Of a stretch of 44,323 bases of DNA, positions 36,791-44,323 are shown one piece after another. The stretch is from NCBI GenBank assembly GCA_028286885.1, contig JAQBQS010000009.1, positions 1 through 44,323 of the forward strand, given 5' to 3'. A program made the position numbers and the translations under genes. Source of the stretch: Patescibacteria group bacterium (GTDB lineage Bacteria; Patescibacteriota; Minisyncoccia; Phycocordibacterales; UBA1006). The stretch's first letter is position 1; every line of letters begins with the position of its first letter. The notes beneath the pieces were generated by a model that did not search any database, was not told the DNA's origin, and saw only the letters and a list, made by a program, of their open reading frames with translations.

Positions 36791-36819
36791 TTGACAAATA
36801 TGTATGAATATGCTAAGAT
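36791..36819 (+). promoter_or_regulatory. -35/extended -10 promoter of the lipoprotein-like gene
   Basis: TTGACA-17 nt (ending atgc)-TAAGAT. Confidence 0.7.
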
Positions 36820-36889
36820 AGTAATAAGAGTAACCTCTGTAAACAAAATAATTTTTTAAACCAACAACAAACAAAAAAACAAAACAACA

Positions 36890-37636
36890 ATGAGAAATTA
36901 CAAAAACAACCTCGCAATGCTCGTAGTAGCAGTACTGATCATCGGCCTTTCATCATGTGCAAAGCAATGTACAGATGCATACGGTAATGCGGTTCAATGC
37001 CAGTCTGCTACCACAACCGGTACCTACTATCCTACTACCACTCCTACGAACGGCAACAACAACGGACAGAACACGCCGACCAATCCTTCAGCAGGATCCG
37101 GTGCTGCCCTGTTTATGGTAGACGTCACTGCGCTTAATATGGTGGGTGTCGCAGGCCAAGGCCAGTTCTATGCCGTAACCCCTGACTATGATCAGAACTG
37201 CGTGCCGGATGCTGACGCACTTGGCACTGCAGTGGACAAAAACAAGGTGCCTCTGTCAGGACTGATCTCATTTGATCAAGGAATCACTTCCTATCCTTCA
37301 GTGCTGATCTGCGATGCAGGTGTTGCCAATAGCTACAAGGGCTATCATGACCTAAACGGAGGAAACGTGATCGTCTCAGTGTTCAGCAGCAATGTGCCCT
37401 ACGGATACTCTATCAAGCCGGGCACTGTAAACTTGACTACAACCAATCTTTGCACGAAGACCAACTCTGGGATTTATGTAAAGACAACGGTTGGAAAAAC
37501 TGATCTGGCATCTCAAGACTCATGGGCAGCTATCAAGAACCTGAGCGACTCTACCAAGTCAACCAGGGAACTGATGAGCCCTGATGCTGAAAAGAACCGT
37601 GTCGATGCGTTTGTAAAGACGTACAAACATAACTGA
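36890..37636 (+). CDS. Orphan lipoprotein-like secreted protein
   Basis: Lipobox IIGLSS/C, Thr/Asn-rich linker, several Cys; terminator ~37652-37683. Confidence 0.75.
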   Translation: MRNYKNNLAMLVVAVLIIGLSSCAKQCTDAYGNAVQCQSATTTGTYYPTTTPTNGNNNGQNTPTNPSAGSGAALFMVDVTALNMVGVAGQGQFYAVTPDYDQNCVPDADALGTAVDKNKVPLSGLISFDQGITSYPSVLICDAGVANSYKGYHDLNGGNVIVSVFSSNVPYGYSIKPGTVNLTTTNLCTKTNSGIYVKTTVGKTDLASQDSWAAIKNLSDSTKSTRELMSPDAEKNRVDAFVKTYKHN

Positions 37637-37685
37637 TCCTCAAAGGATCTCCAAAGCCACCTTACAAATAAGGTGGCTTTTTTAC

Positions 37686-37714
37686 TTGACAAAATATATA
37701 AAGTATGCTAATAT
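37686..37714 (+). promoter_or_regulatory. -35/extended -10 promoter of orphan 37773
   Basis: TTGACA-17 nt (ending atgc)-TAATAT. Confidence 0.7.
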
Positions 37715-37772
37715 ATAAGAAGAGATCTTTCCATTAAAATACTATTCATAAACCAACAAAATTAATTAACAA

Positions 37773-38132
37773 ATGAAAAAACTAATCTTCTTCTTCGCAA
37801 TGATCTGTGCCGGAACAACAATGTCTGCCCAAACTAAACAAGGCTGGGTAAGTCAGGAAGGCATGCAAAGATGGCTGGGTCAATCGCAGTTCTATAACAG
37901 GACTGATGTTACTACCTACAACTGGATCCGCGTATCGTGGCTTCAGGGAGCGGATACGATATCTGCAAATGCTGCGATCAATGCCGGTGAAATCCAAAAC
38001 GGCATCAAGAAAGGAGATGCGGTTACGATCACGCTGATCAACAACGTGAATACTCCTGTCTGTCATACGGCAATAATAAATCCTGATCGGACAATGGTCC
38101 TAGGGTTCTCTATTTACGCCATCGCACAATGA
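37773..38132 (+). CDS. Orphan secreted protein
   Basis: Signal peptide MKKLIFFFAMICAGTTMSA/QT. Confidence 0.72.
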   Translation: MKKLIFFFAMICAGTTMSAQTKQGWVSQEGMQRWLGQSQFYNRTDVTTYNWIRVSWLQGADTISANAAINAGEIQNGIKKGDAVTITLINNVNTPVCHTAIINPDRTMVLGFSIYAIAQ

Positions 38133-38242
38133 AGCGTCCCCTTAAAGGTTATCCACTCGGATGACCTTTTTTATTTGCTTTTAATTTCCTTGTGGTATAC
38201 TTGGCGTATCCATTATTAAGGATTAACCGTTTCATACCAATC

Positions 38243-38617
38243 ATGAAAAAATTTCTCGCGTCATTATCAACTTTCGCCCTGATTCCTGCGCTCGCATCCG
38301 CGCAGATTATCGGAACATCCGGAACGACGGGATTGGGCAGCTTGGTTGTTCAGTTCAAGGGACTTCTCTCGGCATTGTTTCCAATTGCAATCGCAATCGG
38401 AGTGCTCGCGTTCTTCTACGAGCTCATCATGTTCATCGTTCACAAGAGCGACGACAAAGCTGAGAAATTCAAGAAGGGAATCCTGATGAGCCTCCTCGCC
38501 CTCTTCCTAATGTTCACATTCTTCGGACTTTTGAACGTTATTGCCAACACGCTCGGACTCTCTGGTGCCGTCGGACAGGGTGTTCAGTCAAACCAGATTC
38601 CAGCCGTTCAGCTATAA
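38243..38617 (+). CDS. TrbC/VirB2-like pilin
   Basis: Signal peptide ending ASA/Q; two hydrophobic helices; resembles 35782-36162. Confidence 0.7.
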   Translation: MKKFLASLSTFALIPALASAQIIGTSGTTGLGSLVVQFKGLLSALFPIAIAIGVLAFFYELIMFIVHKSDDKAEKFKKGILMSLLALFLMFTFFGLLNVIANTLGLSGAVGQGVQSNQIPAVQL

Positions 38618-38621
38618 TTGC

Positions 38622-38966
38622 ATGTTTTCCTGGCTGTATCCGATAACCGCATACGCCGCAAGCGATCCGATCAGCGTCAAATTGCTGGTTTTTCGGATCA
38701 GCTACTACATCTTAAACCCGCTCATCAAGGCCGGGTTTGTTGTAGCTTTCGTTTTCTTCATTTGGGGGATCATCAGCTACCTGAAAGATCGAAATGCAGG
38801 ACGCATCTGGGATACGTCGGCATTCGACAAGGATGGCAAGATGACAAGCAAGGCGGGCGACCAGATCGTCTACGGCTTGATCGGACTCTTTATCATGGTC
38901 TCGGCGTTTGGAATTCTCCATTACCTCAAAGATTTCATCGGATCAGGAATTCCTACTCCCTACTAA
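38622..38966 (+). CDS. TrbC/VirB2-like pilin
   Basis: AYA/A; ILNPLI..FFIWGIISY..IVYGLIGLFIMVSAFGIL. Confidence 0.7.
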   Translation: MFSWLYPITAYAASDPISVKLLVFRISYYILNPLIKAGFVVAFVFFIWGIISYLKDRNAGRIWDTSAFDKDGKMTSKAGDQIVYGLIGLFIMVSAFGILHYLKDFIGSGIPTPY

Positions 38967-39075
38967 CTCAAGTAGGCAAATAAAACTCTCACGTAATGTG
39001 AGGGTTTTATTTTTTAATTTCAAATAAAAAGCCCCTTACTTTGCAGTAAGGGGCTTGCAAGCTTTTCACTCGAGG

Positions 39076-39825
39076 CTACTTGTCCATCTTTCCGCCATCA
39101 ATCTCTACTTGCTCTACTGGTGTTCCAGTCTGAGCGGTAGGATCCTTTGGGGTAGTTGTAGTGGGCGCGTTGTCCGGTTGCCAGTCCTTCTCGTGGTCGT
39201 TCCTGCTTCTGCCTTGTGATCTGTTAGTATTGGCGTTTCCTGAGTTGGATGAAGACGTTTCCTCAAAAACAGCAGGGCTAAAAATTGCGTACATGATCCA
39301 AATGAGGACGATGATAATGAACGCCGGCAAGATAATACGCTTCCAAGGCATTCCTTCAGCAGCGTCGGTAGGAGTCGTAGCCGTTGCATGGTTCGCAGTC
39401 GCCATGTTCCTATGCGCATTTTTGAAAATGTGCGGGGATAGCATGATGATGCAAATAACGACAAATGCCAGGATCTCCGAAGCGCCGAGCATTCCGATCA
39501 TCTTCATTCCTGCATCGTAACTGAAAAGACAGCCGGCGATAATAGGAATCAGAATCAAGCATAAGGCGAACCATGCGGCTCCCGAGTTCGCTTTTCTTAC
39601 ATGGTCAGGATCATAGGCGCTGTCCGTTGTGTGGTAATGGGACAATACCCATAAAGCTCCGAGCGTTCCTATGATTGTGATTACAAGCAAAACGATTGCG
39701 AAGTTTGAGAGGCTATGAGTAGCATCAAACCGTTTGGAAATACTCATGATGAGTATTCCGATGATAAAAGCAGCTATTGCTCCCAGGTAAATCCTAAAAG
39801 CACCTTTGGAAATTGTTGTTGCCAT
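39076..39825 (-). CDS. Orphan multi-pass membrane protein
   Basis: About five TM helices and a polar low-complexity tail; promoter TTGACT-17-TATAGT starting at 39908. Confidence 0.72.
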   Translation of the reverse strand: MATTISKGAFRIYLGAIAAFIIGILIMSISKRFDATHSLSNFAIVLLVITIIGTLGALWVLSHYHTTDSAYDPDHVRKANSGAAWFALCLILIPIIAGCLFSYDAGMKMIGMLGASEILAFVVICIIMLSPHIFKNAHRNMATANHATATTPTDAAEGMPWKRIILPAFIIIVLIWIMYAIFSPAVFEETSSSNSGNANTNRSQGRSRNDHEKDWQPDNAPTTTTPKDPTAQTGTPVEQVEIDGGKMDK

Positions 39826-39984
39826 ATTTGTTATATTTTGTTTTAAATGAATAAAATAATGACTATGAGTTTCCTGATAACTATAGCATTTTTAGATATA
39901 AAAGTCAAGAGTACAGTATATTTCCAAATAGCCGAATTCATGCTAGTATTTTAAGGCTCATTTGGGATATCCCCCGCAAGAAAT

Positions 39985-40057
39985 GCACCCGTAGCTCAGT
40001 CGGTAGAGCAGTTGCCTCTTAAGCAAACGGTCGTAGGTTCGATCCCTACCGGGTGCA
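39985..40057 (+). tRNA. tRNA-Lys (CTT)
   Basis: GCACCCG/CGGGTGC acceptor stem, loop CTCTTAA; terminator ~40062-40102. Confidence 0.95.
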
Positions 40058-40119
40058 CACATAAAAAAGCGGCGGAAATGCGAAGCATTTCCGCCGCTTT
40101 TTTATACCTACTTTTATAC

Positions 40120-40680
40120 TTACCACTTGTAAATAAAAAGATTTTTTGCGAGATCAGATTTCTTGGCCGAGACAGTAACAATGCGGAGCGGCTGTTTTCT
40201 TGAAATTTTAAAATCGCACGAGACAAGAATAGTTCCGGGCTGCAGTTCCCGGTCGAGTTTCCCGCCCAAGTCATCCATGACGCCCGGCAGGAGATAGGCA
40301 AACAAATGCGTTGCCTTTGAAAAATCGTATGAAAAGAAATTTTGCCTGACGATTGAGACATTGGGCAACTTCCGCGTGTTGAATCTCGCAATGAAGTAGG
40401 GAACAAGGTCGTGTTCGATGCCGATCATTTTTGTCTGAGGAAATTTTTGCGTCGCGGCAACCAGAACCTTGCCGTTTCCGCATCCAATTTCGATGAAGAG
40501 GGAATCTTGACCAAGATCGAGTTCAGAGAGTATTGGATCGATTGCGTGGTCCATGACGGGAATAAAAGGCGCATGACCAAAAAGAGTCGATCTAAGAAGC
40601 GAAAAAACAATCCATACTGTCGCAACCAAAAGAAGAATCATCGTCAAGAAGTAAATCACGTTCACGATGATATGAGTCAT
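40120..40680 (-). CDS. Membrane-anchored class I SAM methyltransferase
   Basis: N-terminal TM, APFIP, IEIGCGNG, FAYLLP..M..L..KL..EL.PG..LVSCDF. Confidence 0.82.
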   Translation of the reverse strand: MTHIIVNVIYFLTMILLLVATVWIVFSLLRSTLFGHAPFIPVMDHAIDPILSELDLGQDSLFIEIGCGNGKVLVAATQKFPQTKMIGIEHDLVPYFIARFNTRKLPNVSIVRQNFFSYDFSKATHLFAYLLPGVMDDLGGKLDRELQPGTILVSCDFKISRKQPLRIVTVSAKKSDLAKNLFIYKW

Positions 40681-40681
40681 G

Positions 40682-40763
40682 TGCCCGGGAGAGGACTTGA
40701 ACCTCCATGGGTCACCCCGCTTGCTCCTAAGGCAAGTGCGTCTACCAATTTCGCCACCCGGGC
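40682..40763 (-). tRNA. tRNA-Leu (TAG)
   Basis: Anticodon arm CTTGC-CTTAGGA-GCAAG; long variable arm. Confidence 0.95.
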
Positions 40764-40780
40764 ATGCTTATTTTATTGTT

Positions 40781-40813
40781 GCCCCACTTCGCTCGATGCG
40801 AGCTACGCGGGGC
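40781..40813. repeat. Small REP-like hairpin between the tRNA-Leu genes
   Basis: gcccc-acttcgctcgatgcgagctacgc-ggggc. Confidence 0.5.
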
Positions 40814-40817
40814 GTTG

Positions 40818-40901
40818 TGCCCGGGGTGGGAATCGAACCCACATGACCTTGCGGCCGAGAGATTTTAAGTCTCTAGCGTCTACCAATTTCGCCACCCGGG
40901 C
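40818..40901 (-). tRNA. tRNA-Leu (TAA)
   Basis: Anticodon arm AGAGA-CTTAAAA-TCTCT; long variable arm. Confidence 0.95.
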
Positions 40902-40917
40902 AATCTCGGCATGTTTG

Positions 40918-40989
40918 AGGCGTGGGCGGGAATTGAACCCGCGCATGTCGGTTTTGCAGACCGAAGCGTTACCACTTCGCCACCACGCC
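40918..40989 (-). tRNA. tRNA-Cys (GCA)
   Basis: Anticodon arm TCGGT-CTGCAAA-ACCGA; discriminator U. Confidence 0.95.
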
Positions 40990-41017
40990 GTTCGCATTTC
41001 TGCGAAGTTACTATATC

Positions 41018-41353
41018 TTATTCCTCGTCTTCCCGCAATAATTCATCCACGCGCTGTCGGTTTTTTTCGCCTGCGTCGAGGGTGAACCTAAACCACGGGA
41101 TGGCTCCTCCTTTGACATGCTTGACGACGTACTTGCGGATGTCATCTTGGTGGCGTTTGAGGAAATTCATCGCAATAGGCTCCGCGCGCTCGGGAAGTAC
41201 CGAGACGTGGATGACGATGTGCTTGTTGTCGAACGAAAAATCAGCACGCGTAATCGTGATCAAAGACACTCGAGAGGACTCGCGTGTGATGTAATCGGAG
41301 GCGTGTTTCTTGATTTCCTTTTCCAAGGATTCGTTGTGGTGGTTTGAGGGCAT
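41018..41353 (-). CDS. rbfA: Ribosome-binding factor A
   Basis: Directly downstream of infB; LITITRADFS.D, IP.FRF.LD pattern. Confidence 0.8.
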   Translation of the reverse strand: MPSNHHNESLEKEIKKHASDYITRESSRVSLITITRADFSFDNKHIVIHVSVLPERAEPIAMNFLKRHQDDIRKYVVKHVKGGAIPWFRFTLDAGEKNRQRVDELLREDEE

Positions 41354-41357
41354 AAAT

Positions 41358-42869
41358 TTATTTGGTCTCGGTCTTAAATGTCTCGATCACGTCGCCGGGA
41401 AGGGGATCTTCCTTGCAGTCGAGCTGCATTCCGAACTCCTCGTCTATTCCTACGCTTGAAACGGGAGCCTTGCCCATCTGGAGTTCAGTGATCGTTCCGC
41501 GGGCGACTTGCTCATCTCCTCGCATCAGTTTGAAGCCTGCCTTCTTGTCCATCGAACCTTCGAGAACCCGACCGCCTGCGACATGGGAATTCTTCTGAGA
41601 GCTGAATACTTTCAGGATCTTCGCTCGTCCTAATATCGTATCCACTTCCTTGCGGGGCCTTCGAACTTCTCGTTCAACCTCGAGCCATTCGGTCAGCTTA
41701 TAAATGATATTGAATGTTTTGACCGTAATCTGGTCGACCTCGTTCATGTCGAGAACTTTCTTGTCGATGTCGACATTGAATCCGATGATGATCGTATTCT
41801 TGTCGGATAATGCAAGTTGCAAGTCAGATTCATTGATGATGCCGACGCCCTTCTTGATGACTTTGAAATACACCTCGTCAGTCGATAGTTTTACAATTTC
41901 GTCGTCGATGGCTTCGGCTGAGCCGAACACGTCGCTCTTGATGATGACAGGAATGATTTTGGTTTCGCTCGTGATCATCGGATTTGCAACATATACGAGA
42001 TTTTCCATATTCTGCTTGGCGAGTTCAATAAACTCTTCAGCGTCCTTCTTGGTCTCGAGAGCTTGGAATTCGGAACCGACGGCTGGCGTAACTGAAAATC
42101 CGGTGATGGTGATAGGGGATGAGAACGTAGCTGACTCGATGGACTTGCCTGCGAAGTCCTCGATGATGCGCGTGCCCGTCATGGATGTTCCTGCCACGAT
42201 GAACTGGCCGCGCGTGACGGTTCCATTTTTGATGATCATGGTTGCCGAAACTCCTCGTTTCTCGTCCAAATGGGACTCGACGACGAATCCTTCCGCAAGC
42301 TTATCTGGATCGCCCGTGAATTCTTGGAACTGTGCGAGAAGCAGAATCGTTTCGAGAAGCTCGTCGATTCCTGCACCCGTCACTGACGAAATGGCGTTGA
42401 CGGGAATGTCACCGCCGTATCCTTCGACGTAGACGCCGTGCTCGAGAAGCTCGGACTTAACGCGCTCCGGGTTTGCATTCGGCCGATCGATTTTTGTAAG
42501 CGCCACGATATAGGGAACTTTCGCGACTAAAATAGTTTTGATGGCTTCGATCGTCTGAGTTTTCACGCCTTCCTCCGCTGATACGATCAAGATGGCAATG
42601 TCGGCAACGCGCGCACCTCGGTTTCGCATAGCAGAAAAAGCCGCATGTCCCGGCGTATCGATGAAGGTAATTTTTTTCAAGGTTCCCGAGGCGTCGGTGT
42701 GCGCGACTTCATATGCCGCGATGTGCTGCGTAATGCCTCCGGCTTCTCCTGACACGATGTTGGACTTCCGGATGTAATCGAGAAGGGAAGACTTTCCATG
42801 GTCAACATGCCCCATGATGGCGACGACCGGAGGGCGTTCTATCAAATTGTTGGTAGTTTTATTTTCCAT
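41358..42869 (-). CDS. infB: Translation initiation factor IF-2, short form
   Basis: RPPVVAIMGHVDHGKSSL, GGITQHI, FIDTPGH, IIKSDV.GS.EA, NIIYKL. Confidence 0.95.
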   Translation of the reverse strand: MENKTTNNLIERPPVVAIMGHVDHGKSSLLDYIRKSNIVSGEAGGITQHIAAYEVAHTDASGTLKKITFIDTPGHAAFSAMRNRGARVADIAILIVSAEEGVKTQTIEAIKTILVAKVPYIVALTKIDRPNANPERVKSELLEHGVYVEGYGGDIPVNAISSVTGAGIDELLETILLLAQFQEFTGDPDKLAEGFVVESHLDEKRGVSATMIIKNGTVTRGQFIVAGTSMTGTRIIEDFAGKSIESATFSSPITITGFSVTPAVGSEFQALETKKDAEEFIELAKQNMENLVYVANPMITSETKIIPVIIKSDVFGSAEAIDDEIVKLSTDEVYFKVIKKGVGIINESDLQLALSDKNTIIIGFNVDIDKKVLDMNEVDQITVKTFNIIYKLTEWLEVEREVRRPRKEVDTILGRAKILKVFSSQKNSHVAGGRVLEGSMDKKAGFKLMRGDEQVARGTITELQMGKAPVSSVGIDEEFGMQLDCKEDPLPGDVIETFKTETK

Positions 42870-42899
42870 AGGTTTGAAAACTCACCTGATCGGTGAGTG

Positions 42900-43361
42900 T
42901 TACTCGAAGATCTTCGCTGCCTCCTTGAGCGCGTGCGCTTCCTCGTTTGAGAGTTCGTACTCGGACGAGAAGTTGGCGACCGGCTTGGCATAGACGTTCA
43001 TGCGGTCGCGCGAATAGATTGACGAGATGACAACGCCTGTTCCGTCTTCCGATAACAGTGCTGTTGCAAAGCTTTGTCGTCCGCCCACATCGGCAAACGC
43101 GTTATAGCGTACCGTTGCGATTCCTCGAACCGAAGATTTGATCTCGCGGTCGATGCGCGCGTTCTTTTCCTCGACGGATTCAACGCGGCCTTCGAAAATT
43201 TCGTGGTCGTGCATCAATTGGTAGATTGCGTCTTCCAGATTTTTTCCGTTCGTTCCGGTCGTCAATTTCTTGAGCCGTCTGGAGATATTCGAAAGGACAA
43301 TCGCGAATCCGACGACAGCGATCAAAAGAGCTCCTGCAAGTGCGTAAATTGCATACATCAT
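42900..43361 (-). CDS. DUF4446-family membrane-anchored protein
   Basis: TM plus coiled coil, then VRYNAF..VGG.QSFA.ALL..G.GVVISSIYSRD..VYAKP. Confidence 0.82.
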   Translation of the reverse strand: MMYAIYALAGALLIAVVGFAIVLSNISRRLKKLTTGTNGKNLEDAIYQLMHDHEIFEGRVESVEEKNARIDREIKSSVRGIATVRYNAFADVGGRQSFATALLSEDGTGVVISSIYSRDRMNVYAKPVANFSSEYELSNEEAHALKEAAKIFE

Positions 43362-43405
43362 ACTGCGGTGGATTATACACTAAAAGTGTGGTATTTTCAA
43401 GGCAT

Positions 43406-44158
43406 ATGAAGACGAGTGAAAAGAATGTCTTTTTTGACATCAACAAGCTGCCGGGGGAGAAAGGTCATTTGGTGATCGGTCTTTCAATGACAAGATTAGA
43501 GGAGGGTCAAGCGCCAGAAGATATTATGAACTTCCTGCGACATGTTGTTCCTGCAAAAGTTTCAAAACCGTTTATCGGATGCAATTTTTTGTACACGGAT
43601 GGTCTCTATTTATATTCTGACGAGCCGGCAGGTATTCTCAAAAAGAAATATTCATCTTCAATGACGAGACATAAGAATGGACTTTGGAATGCAATTCAAA
43701 AAGCATGGTTTGAGTTCCAGATTCAGAACTCATTTTCATTCTTGGTGTGGAATCAGCTTTATATAGGTCACCATGATTTTTATAATCATGTTTTGGAATT
43801 GAAAAAAATATATGATCAAGATTCAGAATTTCAAAAATATCTTAAATTAGATTGCAAAGACATAGGACGAGAAACTAGTGAAAATCAGATTATGTTTTTC
43901 TTGGAAGAAAGTTTGGCAATGATGTACATCATGAAAGGATTGGTAAGAATTCCAAACGATTTTATTCTTGATCAAGAAGAATGGATTTTGTTCTGCTACA
44001 GCGGACGACCTCTCCGATCACATATTTATATGCATCAGAGAAATATCTTTGGATTGAAAAACTCAAAGAATATTTATGAAAACTCATTTTATAATATCGA
44101 AGGAAAAGAATTGATTAGATTCGACGACGTCGACCTCGAAACCTACTCTGTAAAGTAA
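43406..44158 (+). CDS. Hypothetical protein resembling a tRNA-dependent cyclodipeptide synthase
   Basis: HLVIGLS, FLYTD, FFLEESLA, LFCYSG occur in CDPS-like order; 250 aa; AT-rich. Confidence 0.5.
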   Translation: MKTSEKNVFFDINKLPGEKGHLVIGLSMTRLEEGQAPEDIMNFLRHVVPAKVSKPFIGCNFLYTDGLYLYSDEPAGILKKKYSSSMTRHKNGLWNAIQKAWFEFQIQNSFSFLVWNQLYIGHHDFYNHVLELKKIYDQDSEFQKYLKLDCKDIGRETSENQIMFFLEESLAMMYIMKGLVRIPNDFILDQEEWILFCYSGRPLRSHIYMHQRNIFGLKNSKNIYENSFYNIEGKELIRFDDVDLETYSVK

Positions 44159-44159
44159 T

Positions 44160-44323
44160 ATGTTCTGGAACTCCAAAAAAAGAATCTACCTCGACCACGG
44201 CGCAACGACTCCAATCGATGGAGAGGTTTTACGCGCGATGAATTCTGTATACGAGAATAATTATTTCAATCCGGGCGGATTGTACAAGAATGCCGTTGGT
44301 GCGTCCGTAATCATTTCAGATTC
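44160..44323 (+). CDS. Cysteine desulfurase (IscS/NifS family), 5' fragment running off the window
   Basis: MFWNSKKRIYLDHGATTPIDGEVLRAM..FNPGGLY matches the IYLD.AATTP..GNPSS N-terminus. Confidence 0.85.
   Translation, partial: MFWNSKKRIYLDHGATTPIDGEVLRAMNSVYENNYFNPGGLYKNAVGASVIISD

Noticed and set aside
40411-41085. 224-aa plus-strand ORF
   Set aside because: It is antisense to three tRNA genes and the methyltransferase, so it is spurious.

Overview
Chromosomal segment of a small-genome bacterium, most consistent with Patescibacteria/CPR (Parcubacteria-like). The support is a type IV pilus locus with seven prepilins, an array of TrbC/VirB2-like pilins, short RF2 and IF2, and tRNA genes without encoded CCA; standard code 11 applies. 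Housekeeping genes (pilT, pilC, pilD, ligA, gatCA, radC, nfi, prfB, gyrA, rbfA, infB, partial cysteine desulfurase) and nine tRNA genes are interleaved with about a dozen solitary AT-rich orphan genes. Main signals: (1) a sigma70-family protein fused to a DnaA domain IV DNA-binding module; (2) two distinct expression architectures, with core genes apparently leaderless (-10 box 6-9 nt before ATG) and eleven orphans each carrying a TTGAC/T..TAnnnT promoter and an A/C-rich SD-less leader; (3) a ~120-nt transcription unit with promoter and terminator but no real ORF; (4) a CDPS-like gene, a CADD-like diiron protein and a divergent CxxxCxxC protein; (5) a 151-bp REPIN-like palindrome inside the pilin operon. 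No CRISPR array, rRNA, integrase or transposase was seen. All family calls come from motif recognition by eye; no database searches were run.
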